A DNA stretch of 28,059 bases from Candidatus Magasanikbacteria bacterium CG_4_10_14_0_2_um_filter_33_14 (GCA_002793035.1 PFPL01000047.1:1-28059); one strand, 5' to 3'; shown: positions 17,561 through 25,636, counted from the first letter of the stretch. The notes: generated from the letters alone by a model not told the origin. Translations and numbers: made by a program.

Positions 17561-17596
17561 ATACTGATTACATAGATTTAAATTAGTAATCAGTAT
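17561..17596. promoter_or_regulatory. 11-bp perfect inverted repeat just upstream of the ABC transporter start
   Basis: atactgattac (17561-17571) and gtaatcagtat (17586-17596) are separated by 14 nt and end 11 nt before the ATG at 17608. A third partial copy, aatcagt, follows. Confidence 0.5.
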
Positions 17597-17607
17597 AAAT
17601 CAGTGTC

Positions 17608-19356
17608 ATGAAATACAACACAAAATTAACATTCAAAATGTATTGGCAACAATCTTGGAAGTATAAGTGGATATTCATGTCCATGTTTTTACTTCTATTG
17701 ATTGGTGATACTTTTTCTATTCTTGCTCCTTATTGGTATAAGAAATTTTTTGATGCCCTTTCCTCTAATCCTGATGTTCAGATTCTTTATACCACATTAT
17801 TTATTATTTTAGCTATAAAATTATTGCATTGGTTTTTTATTCGTATCATGGCTTTTTTGTATATAAAATTTAATACAGACTGTCTGAAAGATTTGAATAA
17901 TATTTGTTTTTCCAAAGTTCATAGACATTCTTTTTCTTTTTTCAACAATAGTTTTGTAGGTTCTCTTGTCAAAAAAGTTGGTAGATTTCTGCAAGCTTTC
18001 GATAGAATCTCAGATAGAATTATTTGGGATGTTTTACCTATAATTGTCAATGTTACTCTTATCTCTGTTGTATTATTTAATCTTAACAAGTTTTTTGCTT
18101 TGATAATAATTTCTTGGATTTTTATTTTTGTTTTGACTAGTTACTTTTTTAGTAAATTCAAATTAAAATATGATTTTAAGAGAAGTCAGCTTGATTCCAA
18201 AGTGGGGGCATTTTTGGCTGATTCTTTTACCAATAATATAAATGTAAAATTATTAGTTGGTTATGATAGAGAATGTAAAGACTTCCAACAAAAAACAGAA
18301 GATTTAAGAAAAATAAGAAAATTTTCTTGGGATATTGCTACTTGGTTTGATGGTGCACAATGGATGCTCATGATTATGCTCGAGATTGTGATGATGTTTT
18401 ATGCTGTAAAAGTTTGGCAGACTGGAATTTTGACTGTAGGGGACTTTATTCTTATCCAATCTTATCTTATTATTATTTTTGAAAAGTTTTTTGGTTTTGG
18501 TCGTGTGATTAGAGATTTTTATGAGTCTCTCGCTGATGCCGAAGAAATGACTGAAGTATTAAATATGCCTTATGATGTACAAGATGTAAAGAATGCCAAA
18601 ACTTTGCAAGTTACGACAGGTAAGATAGAATTTGTAGATGTAAAATTTGCTTATAACAAAACAAGGCAAGTAATCAAAAAAATGAACTTGGTAATAAAAC
18701 CAAATGAAAAAATAGCTTTAGTAGGTTCATCTGGGGCAGGGAAGTCTACTATTGTAAAATTACTTTTACGTCAGCATGATATCTCTAGTGGAAAAATTTT
18801 GATTGATGGACAAAGTATTACCAAAGTTACTCAAGAAAGTTTGTGGCAAAATGTTAGTCTCGTTCCTCAAGATCCAATTCTTTTTCATAGAAGTATTATG
18901 GAAAATATTCGTTATGCCAAAGCTGAGGCAACTGACGAAGAAGTTATGGAAGCTGCTAAGCAAGCCAATGCTCACGAATTTATTTTGGGTTTGGCAGAAG
19001 GCTACAATACTCTTGTGGGTGAGAGAGGAATCAAACTTTCTGGTGGAGAAAGACAACGTGTAGCAATAGCTCGAGCAATACTAAAAAATTCACCAATTCT
19101 TATACTAGACGAAGCAACTTCTAGTCTTGATTCTAAATCGGAAAAGCTTATTCAAGGAGCCTTGGACAATTTGATGAAAGGTAAAACAGTGATTATTGTA
19201 GCTCACAGACTTTCTACTATTATGCATTCTGATAGAATCTTGGTAATAGAACAAGGAGGTATAGTAGAACAAGGTTCACACAAAGTACTTCTAAAAAAGA
19301 AAAAAGGTATTTATAGTAATTTGTGGAATATTCAAGTTGGAGGCTTTTTGTCTTGA
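17608..19356 (+). CDS. ABC exporter, fused TMD-NBD half-transporter (MsbA/ATM1-like type)
   Basis: N-terminal six-helix-type membrane domain. Walker A GSSGAGKST, signature LSGGERQRVAIARA, Walker B ILILDEATSSLD, H-loop VAHRLST. Confidence 0.92.
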   Translation: MKYNTKLTFKMYWQQSWKYKWIFMSMFLLLLIGDTFSILAPYWYKKFFDALSSNPDVQILYTTLFIILAIKLLHWFFIRIMAFLYIKFNTDCLKDLNNICFSKVHRHSFSFFNNSFVGSLVKKVGRFLQAFDRISDRIIWDVLPIIVNVTLISVVLFNLNKFFALIIISWIFIFVLTSYFFSKFKLKYDFKRSQLDSKVGAFLADSFTNNINVKLLVGYDRECKDFQQKTEDLRKIRKFSWDIATWFDGAQWMLMIMLEIVMMFYAVKVWQTGILTVGDFILIQSYLIIIFEKFFGFGRVIRDFYESLADAEEMTEVLNMPYDVQDVKNAKTLQVTTGKIEFVDVKFAYNKTRQVIKKMNLVIKPNEKIALVGSSGAGKSTIVKLLLRQHDISSGKILIDGQSITKVTQESLWQNVSLVPQDPILFHRSIMENIRYAKAEATDEEVMEAAKQANAHEFILGLAEGYNTLVGERGIKLSGGERQRVAIARAILKNSPILILDEATSSLDSKSEKLIQGALDNLMKGKTVIIVAHRLSTIMHSDRILVIEQGGIVEQGSHKVLLKKKKGIYSNLWNIQVGGFLS

Positions 19357-19381
19357 CATTTCGCTAATTTGGCTATATTAT
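19353..19381 (+). promoter_or_regulatory. Sigma70-type promoter for the small Cys-rich ORF, with a palindrome over the -10
   Basis: TTGACA (19353-19358, overlapping the ABC transporter stop codon), a 17-nt spacer, then TATTAT (19376-19381). The perfect palindrome gctatat-t-atatagc (19372-19386) covers the -10 element. Confidence 0.5.
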
Positions 19382-19409
19382 ATAGCGATATTAACTTAAT
19401 TATAAAATT

Positions 19410-19541
19410 ATGTCAGAAGAAACAAACAAATCAGAAGAAGAACTAGAAGAAGATTCTTGTTGTGGTGAAGGAAACTGCTCTACAGAAGATAAAGAAGAAT
19501 CTGAGGAAAGTTGTTGTGGTGGCTGTAATTGTTGTGTTTAA
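19410..19541 (+). CDS. Unannotated 43-aa acidic, cysteine-rich peptide (MSEETNKSEEELEEDSCCGEGNCSTEDKEESEESCCGGCNCCV)
   Basis: My own translation; the ORF is shorter than any entry in the supplied track. It contains 8 Cys arranged CC-x4-C and CC-x2-C-x-CC, 14 Glu/Asp and a single basic residue (Lys7... Lys28 is the second). It is bracketed by a promoter-like element (19353-19381) and a terminator (19583-19616). Confidence 0.55.
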   Translation: MSEETNKSEEELEEDSCCGEGNCSTEDKEESEESCCGGCNCCV

Positions 19542-19582
19542 AAACGCAGATATTTAGATATTTATGCGGATAAACGCGGAAT

Positions 19583-19616
19583 AAAATCTCTCTATTTAGG
19601 GAGATTTTGTTTTTAT
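19583..19616 (+). terminator. Rho-independent terminator after the Cys-rich ORF
   Basis: aaaatctc (19583-19590) pairs with gagatttt (19601-19608) around a 10-nt loop, followed by gttttt. Confidence 0.6.
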
Positions 19617-19665
19617 GAGTATTTGTAGTAGAATATTAGTATCTTAAATAAACATTGACTAACTT

Positions 19666-22614
19666 ATGTCCAAAACATTCAACAAAGCCCAAAAAGAAGC
19701 TATCGAATACAACGATGGTAATTTGCTGATTATAGCTGGAGCGGGGACTGGTAAAACGACTGTGATTACTGAAAAGATTTCTTATATTGTAAAAAATGAA
19801 TTGGCATTACCAGAGGAAGTCTTGGCGCTTACTTTTACCGACAAAGCTGCACAAGAAATGCAAGAGCGTGTGGACGATCTGATTGAAACACCTTATACCG
19901 AAATGCAAATTTCTACGTTCCATAGTTTTTGTCAAAAAGTCTTGGAAGAGTACGGATTAGAAATTGGTTTACCAACCAATTTTAGATTATTGAATGAGAC
20001 TGACGCTTGGCTACTTTTGCGTGAACATATTTATGATTTCAATTTTGAGTATTATCGTCCGATGGGAAGTCCAAATCGTTATATTCACGAACTGCTTACA
20101 CACTTTTCCAAAGCAAAAGATGAGATGATTACTTCAGAAAATTATTTGGATTATGTAAAAGGACTTATACTAGATAAAGATGAAGCAGAAATACAAGAAA
20201 AAAATAGATTGATTGAATTAGCTGATGCTTATCACAAATATCAAAAATTATTACTTGACAATGAAGCCCTCGACTTTGGCGACATTATTTTTTATGCTGT
20301 CAAACTTTTGCAAGATAGACCAAACGTGCTCAAAAAATTACAAAAGAGATTTAAATATATAATGGTTGATGAATTCCAAGATGTAAACTGGGCGCAATAC
20401 CAACTGGTAAAATTATTGGCAGGTGAAGAAAATAAACTAACTGTAGTAGGGGATGATGATCAAGCGATTTATTCTTTTCGTGGATCCAACGTAGCTATCA
20501 TCATGAATTTCAAGACAGATTATCCTGATGCCAAAAATATTGTGCTGACGGACAACTATCGCTCTGGACAAGAAATTCTAGATTTAGCTTACGAATCTAT
20601 CAAAAATAACAATCCTCATCGTCTAGAAGAGAAATTACAAATTAGCAAAAGATTAGAAAGTGGGCTAAAAGATTTGCAAGCCGAGATTAGTCACTTGCAT
20701 TATGAAACAATAGATGAAGAGGTGGTTGGAGTGATAAATAAAATAGTTGAGATAAAAGAAAGCGAAAAAGATAGTAATTGGGATGATTTCGCGATTCTAG
20801 TCCGTGCCAACTCTCACGTAGAGCCCTTTAGTAACGCACTAGAGAGCTTTGGAATTCCTTTTGAGTATCTTGCCTCAGCTGGGCTTTATCGTCAAGATAT
20901 TGTGATTGACGCTTTCAATTTTCTCACACTTTTGACCAATATTTATGATGATAAAGCATTCTTCCGTCTGCTCAAAATGCCGTTTCTAGAATTTAGCCAA
21001 AATGATTTGCAAAAAGTAACTAGCACTGCCAAAAGAAAAAGTATGTCATATTACGAGATGTTGAAACGTGCTCGTGAATTCTTTTTGTCTGATCACGCTG
21101 TAGCCGTAGCTGAAAAATTACTCAATGCTTGTCATGAAGGAATAAAACAAAGTAAGGAAGAAAAACCAACGACAATACTTTATCAATTTATGGAAAGTAT
21201 TGGTTATCTGTCATATTTAACTATTGAAGAAAATAAAGATAACAAAAATGTTATTAGACAAATCTATCATCTGAAACAATTTTTTGATCTTATTCGTACT
21301 TACGAAGAAAATGTGCCGGGAGCACACGTGGCTGGTTTTGTAGAAAATTATGAATTCATTATTGAGTCAGGTGATGGTGGCAAAATAAATCAAATCAAAG
21401 ACACACCAGACTCAGTCAATATCATCACTGTCCATGGTTCAAAAGGTCTTGAATACAAAAATGTTTTCATTGTAAATTTGGTAGAAGAGAGATTTCCAAC
21501 ACGAAGAAAAAGTGAGGGGATTGCGTTGCCAGATGATTTGATAAGAGAAAAATTTTTAGAAAAAAATGATTTGCACTATCAAGAGGAACGTCGTCTTTTT
21601 TATGTAGCAGTCACTCGTGCCAAACAAAGATTATTTCTGACAAGTGCCAGTAGTTATGGTGGTACTAGAGCTAAGAAAATTAGTCGCTTTCTCGCCGAGC
21701 TTGATTTCAATAACAAAGAAAAAAAACTAGCAGAAAAAGAACAAAGCCTAATGGAAGAAATCAAAAAATTAAACACTCAAGTAGAAAATAATCAAGAAGA
21801 AATAGAATATATTCCACCAAAGATATTTTCTTATTCTCGTATTAGTACTTATCAAAAATGCCCTTACAATTATAAGCTTGCTTACGTCTTGAATTTGCCA
21901 AGTAAAGGAAGTCCGCATTTTAGTTTTGGTAATACTGTTCACGGTACTTTGCAAGAATTCTATGAAAAAGTGCAAGATATGAATAGTGCCAAACAAGTAT
22001 CTTTGTTTGAGACTGTTGTGGAAGATACTAGTGACGGTAAAATAAAAGTACCTAGTCAAGAAGAGTTACTCGCCATATACAAAAGAAAATGGATTCCAGA
22101 TTGGTACAAGAGTAAAAACCAAAGAGAAGAATATTTTGCCAAAGGTGAAGATTTGCTCAAAGAATTTTATAGATCTCAAAAAGATTCTTGGACTATCCCA
22201 GTTTCTATCGAAGGTGGTTTCAAAATTAAAATTGGAGAATATTTCATCAAAGGTCGCATCGATAGAATAGATCCTGTTGGCGAAGATAAATTGGAAATTA
22301 TAGATTATAAGACTGGTCAACCAAAAGACAAATTGACTATTGACGACAAACAACAACTTCTTATTTATCAGATTGCTGTCGAGACTTTGCCTCAATATCA
22401 GAATATGGGCAAAATTGATAAGTTGACATTTTTTTATTTGAATGAAAACAAGAGAATGTCTTTTGTCGGCACTGACAAAGATAAAGAAAAACTAGAAGCA
22501 AAACTTTTTGACGCGATGGAGAGGATTCAAAAAGGGGATTTCAAAGCGACACCAAACAAGCATGTTTGTCAGTATTGTGATTTCAAAGAGATTTGTGAGT
22601 TTCGTCAGCTTTGA
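19666..22614 (+). CDS. UvrD/PcrA-type SF1 helicase fused to a C-terminal PD-(D/E)XK (Cas4/AddB-like) nuclease with a 4-Cys cluster
   Basis: Helicase motifs AGAGTGKT, MVDEFQDVN, VVGDDDQAIYSFRGS, TVHGSKGLEYKNVFI and ERRLFYVAVTRAKQRLF. The C-terminal domain carries YQKCPYNY ... GRIDRID ... EIIDYKTG ... QLLIYQIA ... CQYCDFKEIC (C-x2-C-x5-C). Confidence 0.9.
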   Translation: MSKTFNKAQKEAIEYNDGNLLIIAGAGTGKTTVITEKISYIVKNELALPEEVLALTFTDKAAQEMQERVDDLIETPYTEMQISTFHSFCQKVLEEYGLEIGLPTNFRLLNETDAWLLLREHIYDFNFEYYRPMGSPNRYIHELLTHFSKAKDEMITSENYLDYVKGLILDKDEAEIQEKNRLIELADAYHKYQKLLLDNEALDFGDIIFYAVKLLQDRPNVLKKLQKRFKYIMVDEFQDVNWAQYQLVKLLAGEENKLTVVGDDDQAIYSFRGSNVAIIMNFKTDYPDAKNIVLTDNYRSGQEILDLAYESIKNNNPHRLEEKLQISKRLESGLKDLQAEISHLHYETIDEEVVGVINKIVEIKESEKDSNWDDFAILVRANSHVEPFSNALESFGIPFEYLASAGLYRQDIVIDAFNFLTLLTNIYDDKAFFRLLKMPFLEFSQNDLQKVTSTAKRKSMSYYEMLKRAREFFLSDHAVAVAEKLLNACHEGIKQSKEEKPTTILYQFMESIGYLSYLTIEENKDNKNVIRQIYHLKQFFDLIRTYEENVPGAHVAGFVENYEFIIESGDGGKINQIKDTPDSVNIITVHGSKGLEYKNVFIVNLVEERFPTRRKSEGIALPDDLIREKFLEKNDLHYQEERRLFYVAVTRAKQRLFLTSASSYGGTRAKKISRFLAELDFNNKEKKLAEKEQSLMEEIKKLNTQVENNQEEIEYIPPKIFSYSRISTYQKCPYNYKLAYVLNLPSKGSPHFSFGNTVHGTLQEFYEKVQDMNSAKQVSLFETVVEDTSDGKIKVPSQEELLAIYKRKWIPDWYKSKNQREEYFAKGEDLLKEFYRSQKDSWTIPVSIEGGFKIKIGEYFIKGRIDRIDPVGEDKLEIIDYKTGQPKDKLTIDDKQQLLIYQIAVETLPQYQNMGKIDKLTFFYLNENKRMSFVGTDKDKEKLEAKLFDAMERIQKGDFKATPNKHVCQYCDFKEICEFRQL

Positions 22615-22675
22615 TTCTAAGATGATTTTGGATTTGAGATTATATATGGTAAGATAAAGTAAAGAAAATAAAATT

Positions 22676-22761
22676 GAGATAAATAGAGATAAGGAGATAA
22701 TCATAAATAAAAGTTATAATCAGTATTTGTAGTTATCTCAATATTATCTCTATTGTATCTC
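22676..22761. repeat. GAGATA hexamer iterons: three direct copies facing three inverted copies
   Basis: gagata occurs at 22676, 22686 and 22694. tatctc occurs at 22734, 22745 and 22756 (11-bp spacing). A related gagatt is at 22636. The array lies in the intergenic region upstream of the DUF721-like gene. Confidence 0.75.
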
Positions 22762-22784
22762 TACTTATTTTAAATTGTAAAATT

Positions 22785-23084
22785 ATGTCCTTTTCCTCCC
22801 TTGGAGACACACTAAACAGTAGGTTCAATCAAAAAGGACCTCTCAAAAAACAATTGGATGATTCTCAAGTAGTTGAAGAATCCAAAGTTGTGTTGCTCGA
22901 GATGTTTGGTGAAGAGTTAGTAAAGACTGCTATTCCACTTTTTCTAAAAAATCGTACTCTTACTATTAGTTGTAGTAGCTCAGCCATGGCGCAAGAAATC
23001 AGACTAAATCAAACGCAAATTGTGGAGAAATTGAATGAAAAATTGGGAAGAAATGAAGTGGATAGGATTAGGTATTTGACTTAA
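22785..23084 (+). CDS. DUF721 / DciA-like small protein
   Basis: 99 aa. The pattern AIPLFLKNRTLTISCSSSAMAQEIRLNQTQIVEKLNEKLGRNEVDRIRY matches the DUF721 profile as I recall it (L.V.V.S..WA.EL......I...LN..LG...V..IRF). Confidence 0.6.
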   Translation: MSFSSLGDTLNSRFNQKGPLKKQLDDSQVVEESKVVLLEMFGEELVKTAIPLFLKNRTLTISCSSSAMAQEIRLNQTQIVEKLNEKLGRNEVDRIRYLT

Positions 23085-23113
23085 GTAAATATAAATTATT
23101 TATTTTTAAAAAT

Positions 23114-23902
23114 ATGGGAGAAAAACAAGGTAAAACACCAAAGGGTTTTGATCATATTAGACAAGAAGTAGATCCATCATCTGTAGATAATTTTAGTTTA
23201 CAAGAAGAGGCAGTATTTAGACTTTTAGAAGATAATCCTAGAAAGTGGTTATATTTAGTAAGGGATACAATCCAAGAAGGTCATCAAATTCCAAAAGAAA
23301 GAATGAAAAAATTGTTGAGAGCTGTCGCAAAAGATAAAACTGCTACAGCTGCACAGGAACTTTATGTTTTTTTGATTATGCAAGATTATGCTGATGAAAC
23401 TAATTTAAATATTTTATGGAGTAGGATTTTGAAACAACCACGTGTAGCATCAGCTTTGTTAATTTCATTAGGTAAAGAAAATAAATTATCAAATGAAAAA
23501 ATTATTGATTTACTTAAGTGTATTTATGAATCAGATGGGGCTACTGCAAATATTTTGAATTTTTTTTATAACTCAAATATAGAATTTTTAAAAGAGATTA
23601 TACCAATTTTTCCTCCAGCAAGGAGTGAAAGATGGTCAAATATAAGAAGTACAGTTATTAAGGAATTAAGGGCTGTTGGTAAAGAAGATATTGTTGAATT
23701 GCTAAAAGAGGATGGTAAATTATCTCTTGTTAATAGGAATTTGGAAGATACACAAGGTGGCTTAGCTATTTCAGATTTAGATCAACAAGTAACACCGATT
23801 GAAGAATTGATGCAATTAGAACAACAAGAAGCAGATAAAATAGAGGAATCTAAACCATCTGGATTTTTTAGAAGATTATTCACAAGAAAATCTAAAAATT
23901 AG
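23114..23902 (+). CDS. Hypothetical protein (262 aa), predicted helical, no recognisable family
   Basis: Long ORF on the same strand as its neighbours with ordinary coding composition and no motif I recognise. Confidence 0.6.
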   Translation: MGEKQGKTPKGFDHIRQEVDPSSVDNFSLQEEAVFRLLEDNPRKWLYLVRDTIQEGHQIPKERMKKLLRAVAKDKTATAAQELYVFLIMQDYADETNLNILWSRILKQPRVASALLISLGKENKLSNEKIIDLLKCIYESDGATANILNFFYNSNIEFLKEIIPIFPPARSERWSNIRSTVIKELRAVGKEDIVELLKEDGKLSLVNRNLEDTQGGLAISDLDQQVTPIEELMQLEQQEADKIEESKPSGFFRRLFTRKSKN

Positions 23903-23946
23903 CCCCAAAATCACTCTTGCCAAAGGCTTAAAAAACGTGTAATATA

Positions 23947-23970
23947 AATATAGCTACAAATAGCTATATT
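23947..23970. terminator. 10-bp perfect AT-rich hairpin (possible terminator or operator)
   Basis: aatatagcta-caaa-tagctatatt, followed by ttg ttatattt. It lies between CDS 23114..23902 and the ATG at 23982. Confidence 0.4.
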
Positions 23971-23981
23971 TTGTTATATTT

Positions 23982-24380
23982 ATGAATTTACGCCAATATA
24001 TCGCCACAATGATCTTTGCTACCATGCTTTGCTGGGTATCATGGGCTTTTGTTATTTTAAATATTGATCCTTTTACTGCACCACTTTCAGGCTTTCTTTT
24101 CTTTTATGGAAGTCTTTTTTTGTCTATTCTTGGTACTTTATCAATTATATTCTTTTTCTTTTATAGATTTTTTGGAGCCAAAGATTTGCCGCTATTCCGC
24201 TATGTACAGATAAGCTTCCGTCAATCTTTGTTTTTGTCTATCTTTGCTGTTATTGCTTTGTTTTTACAAGCGCAAGATTATCTAAACATTATTACAGGGA
24301 GTTTACTTCTGATTATGTTTGTCTTGATAATATCTTTTAATATTTCTATCAAGCACAAACCGAAAGCAACTAACTATTAA
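23982..24380 (+). CDS. Small integral membrane protein (132 aa, about 4 TM segments)
   Basis: Four long hydrophobic stretches (e.g. IATMIFATMLCWVSWAFVILNI and LSGFLFFYGSLFLSILGTLSIIFFFFY). No family recognised. Confidence 0.65.
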   Translation: MNLRQYIATMIFATMLCWVSWAFVILNIDPFTAPLSGFLFFYGSLFLSILGTLSIIFFFFYRFFGAKDLPLFRYVQISFRQSLFLSIFAVIALFLQAQDYLNIITGSLLLIMFVLIISFNISIKHKPKATNY

Positions 24381-24394
24381 AAATAAAAATTTAT

Positions 24395-25636
24395 ATGAAA
24401 CAAAGTCAATTATTCACTAAAACTAGAAAAGAAGCACCTGCTGATGAAGTGTCTAAAAATGCGCAACTATTAATTCGTGCAGGATTTTTGCACAAAGAAA
24501 TGGCAGGGGTATATAGCTATTTACCATTTGGTTTGCGTGTCATGAAAAAAATTGAAGAAATTATAAGAGAAGAAATGAATTCAATTGGTGGTGTAGAAAT
24601 GAAGACATCAGTATTACAAAATAAAGAAATTTGGGAAAAATCTAATCGCTGGGATGATACTATTGTAGATAATTGGTTCAAAACAAGTTTAAAAAATGGT
24701 ACAGAAATTGGATTGTCTTTTACCAATGAAGAAGCATACTCAAATATTTTGAAACAATATATTCACTCTTACAAAGATTTGCCAGTATATCCATATGATT
24801 TTAAGGATATTTTTCGTAATGAGACAAGAAGTAAGTCCGGAATAATGAGAGGACGTGAATTCTTTTGGAAAGCATTATATTCTTTTTCAAAAGATGAAGC
24901 TCAACATAACGATTTTTATGAAAAATCAAAAGTAGCTTACAAAAATATATTTGAACGTGTTGGTATTGGAAGTCTTACACATATTACCTTCGCATCAGGT
25001 GGAACCTTTTCAAGATTTTCTCATGAATTTCAAGCTATCACAGAAGCTGGTGAAGATATAATCTATGTAGATGAAAAAAGTGGAATGGCTGTCAACAAAG
25101 AGGTATATACTGACGAAGTTTTATCTGAACTTGGACTAGACAAAGAAAAACTTGTAGAGAAAAAAGCCATAGAAGTGGGTAATATTTTTACTTTGGGGAC
25201 CAAATTTTCAGAACCATTTGATCTTAGCTATACAGATGAAGACGGAAAAAATAAGCATGTCTTTATGGGTTCTTATGGTATTGGTTTAGGAAGATTAATG
25301 GGATCTATCGTTGAGATATTATCTGACGACAAGGGTATTGTCTGGCCAGAAACTGTTGCACCTTTTCAAATTCATTTAGTTTCACTTTGTACAGAGGAGT
25401 CAGACGTAAAAAAAGCTGATGAAATTTATGAAAGTTTGCAAAAACAAAACAAAGAAGTATTATATGATGATAGACAAGGTGTTAGAGCAGGGGAGAAGTT
25501 TGCAGATAGTGATCTTATCGGTATTCCTCTTCGTGTTATTATCAGTCCAAAAACTTTGGTTAGTGATAGTGTGGAAGTGAAAAAACGTAATGAAAAAGAA
25601 GCTAAGATTATTTCAATCTCTGAATTGCTAAAATAG
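24395..25636 (+). CDS. proS: Prolyl-tRNA synthetase, bacterial type, lacking the INS editing domain
   Basis: The N-terminus MKQSQLFTKTRKEAPADEVSKNAQLLIRAGF...GVYSYLPFGLRVMKKIEEIIREEMN parallels E. coli ProRS. Motif 2 is FRNETRSKSGIMRGREF and motif 3 is GSYGIGLGRLMG. Only a short linker lies between HEFQAITEAGED and IEVGNIFTLGTKFSE, where the roughly 180-aa INS domain sits in E. coli. Confidence 0.9.
   Translation: MKQSQLFTKTRKEAPADEVSKNAQLLIRAGFLHKEMAGVYSYLPFGLRVMKKIEEIIREEMNSIGGVEMKTSVLQNKEIWEKSNRWDDTIVDNWFKTSLKNGTEIGLSFTNEEAYSNILKQYIHSYKDLPVYPYDFKDIFRNETRSKSGIMRGREFFWKALYSFSKDEAQHNDFYEKSKVAYKNIFERVGIGSLTHITFASGGTFSRFSHEFQAITEAGEDIIYVDEKSGMAVNKEVYTDEVLSELGLDKEKLVEKKAIEVGNIFTLGTKFSEPFDLSYTDEDGKNKHVFMGSYGIGLGRLMGSIVEILSDDKGIVWPETVAPFQIHLVSLCTEESDVKKADEIYESLQKQNKEVLYDDRQGVRAGEKFADSDLIGIPLRVIISPKTLVSDSVEVKKRNEKEAKIISISELLK

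Noticed and set aside
18803-19063. 86-aa plus-strand and 96-aa minus-strand ORFs within the ABC transporter NBD
   Set aside because: Both overlap the Walker A to signature-motif region of a clearly genuine CDS in other frames. They are shadow ORFs.
22676-22761. Possible small CRISPR-like or tRNA-like element in the helicase-DUF721 intergenic region
   Set aside because: Only 6-bp words repeat, and there is no repeat-spacer periodicity and no cloverleaf or T-loop (GTTCRA) signature. It is treated as an iteron/operator-like array.
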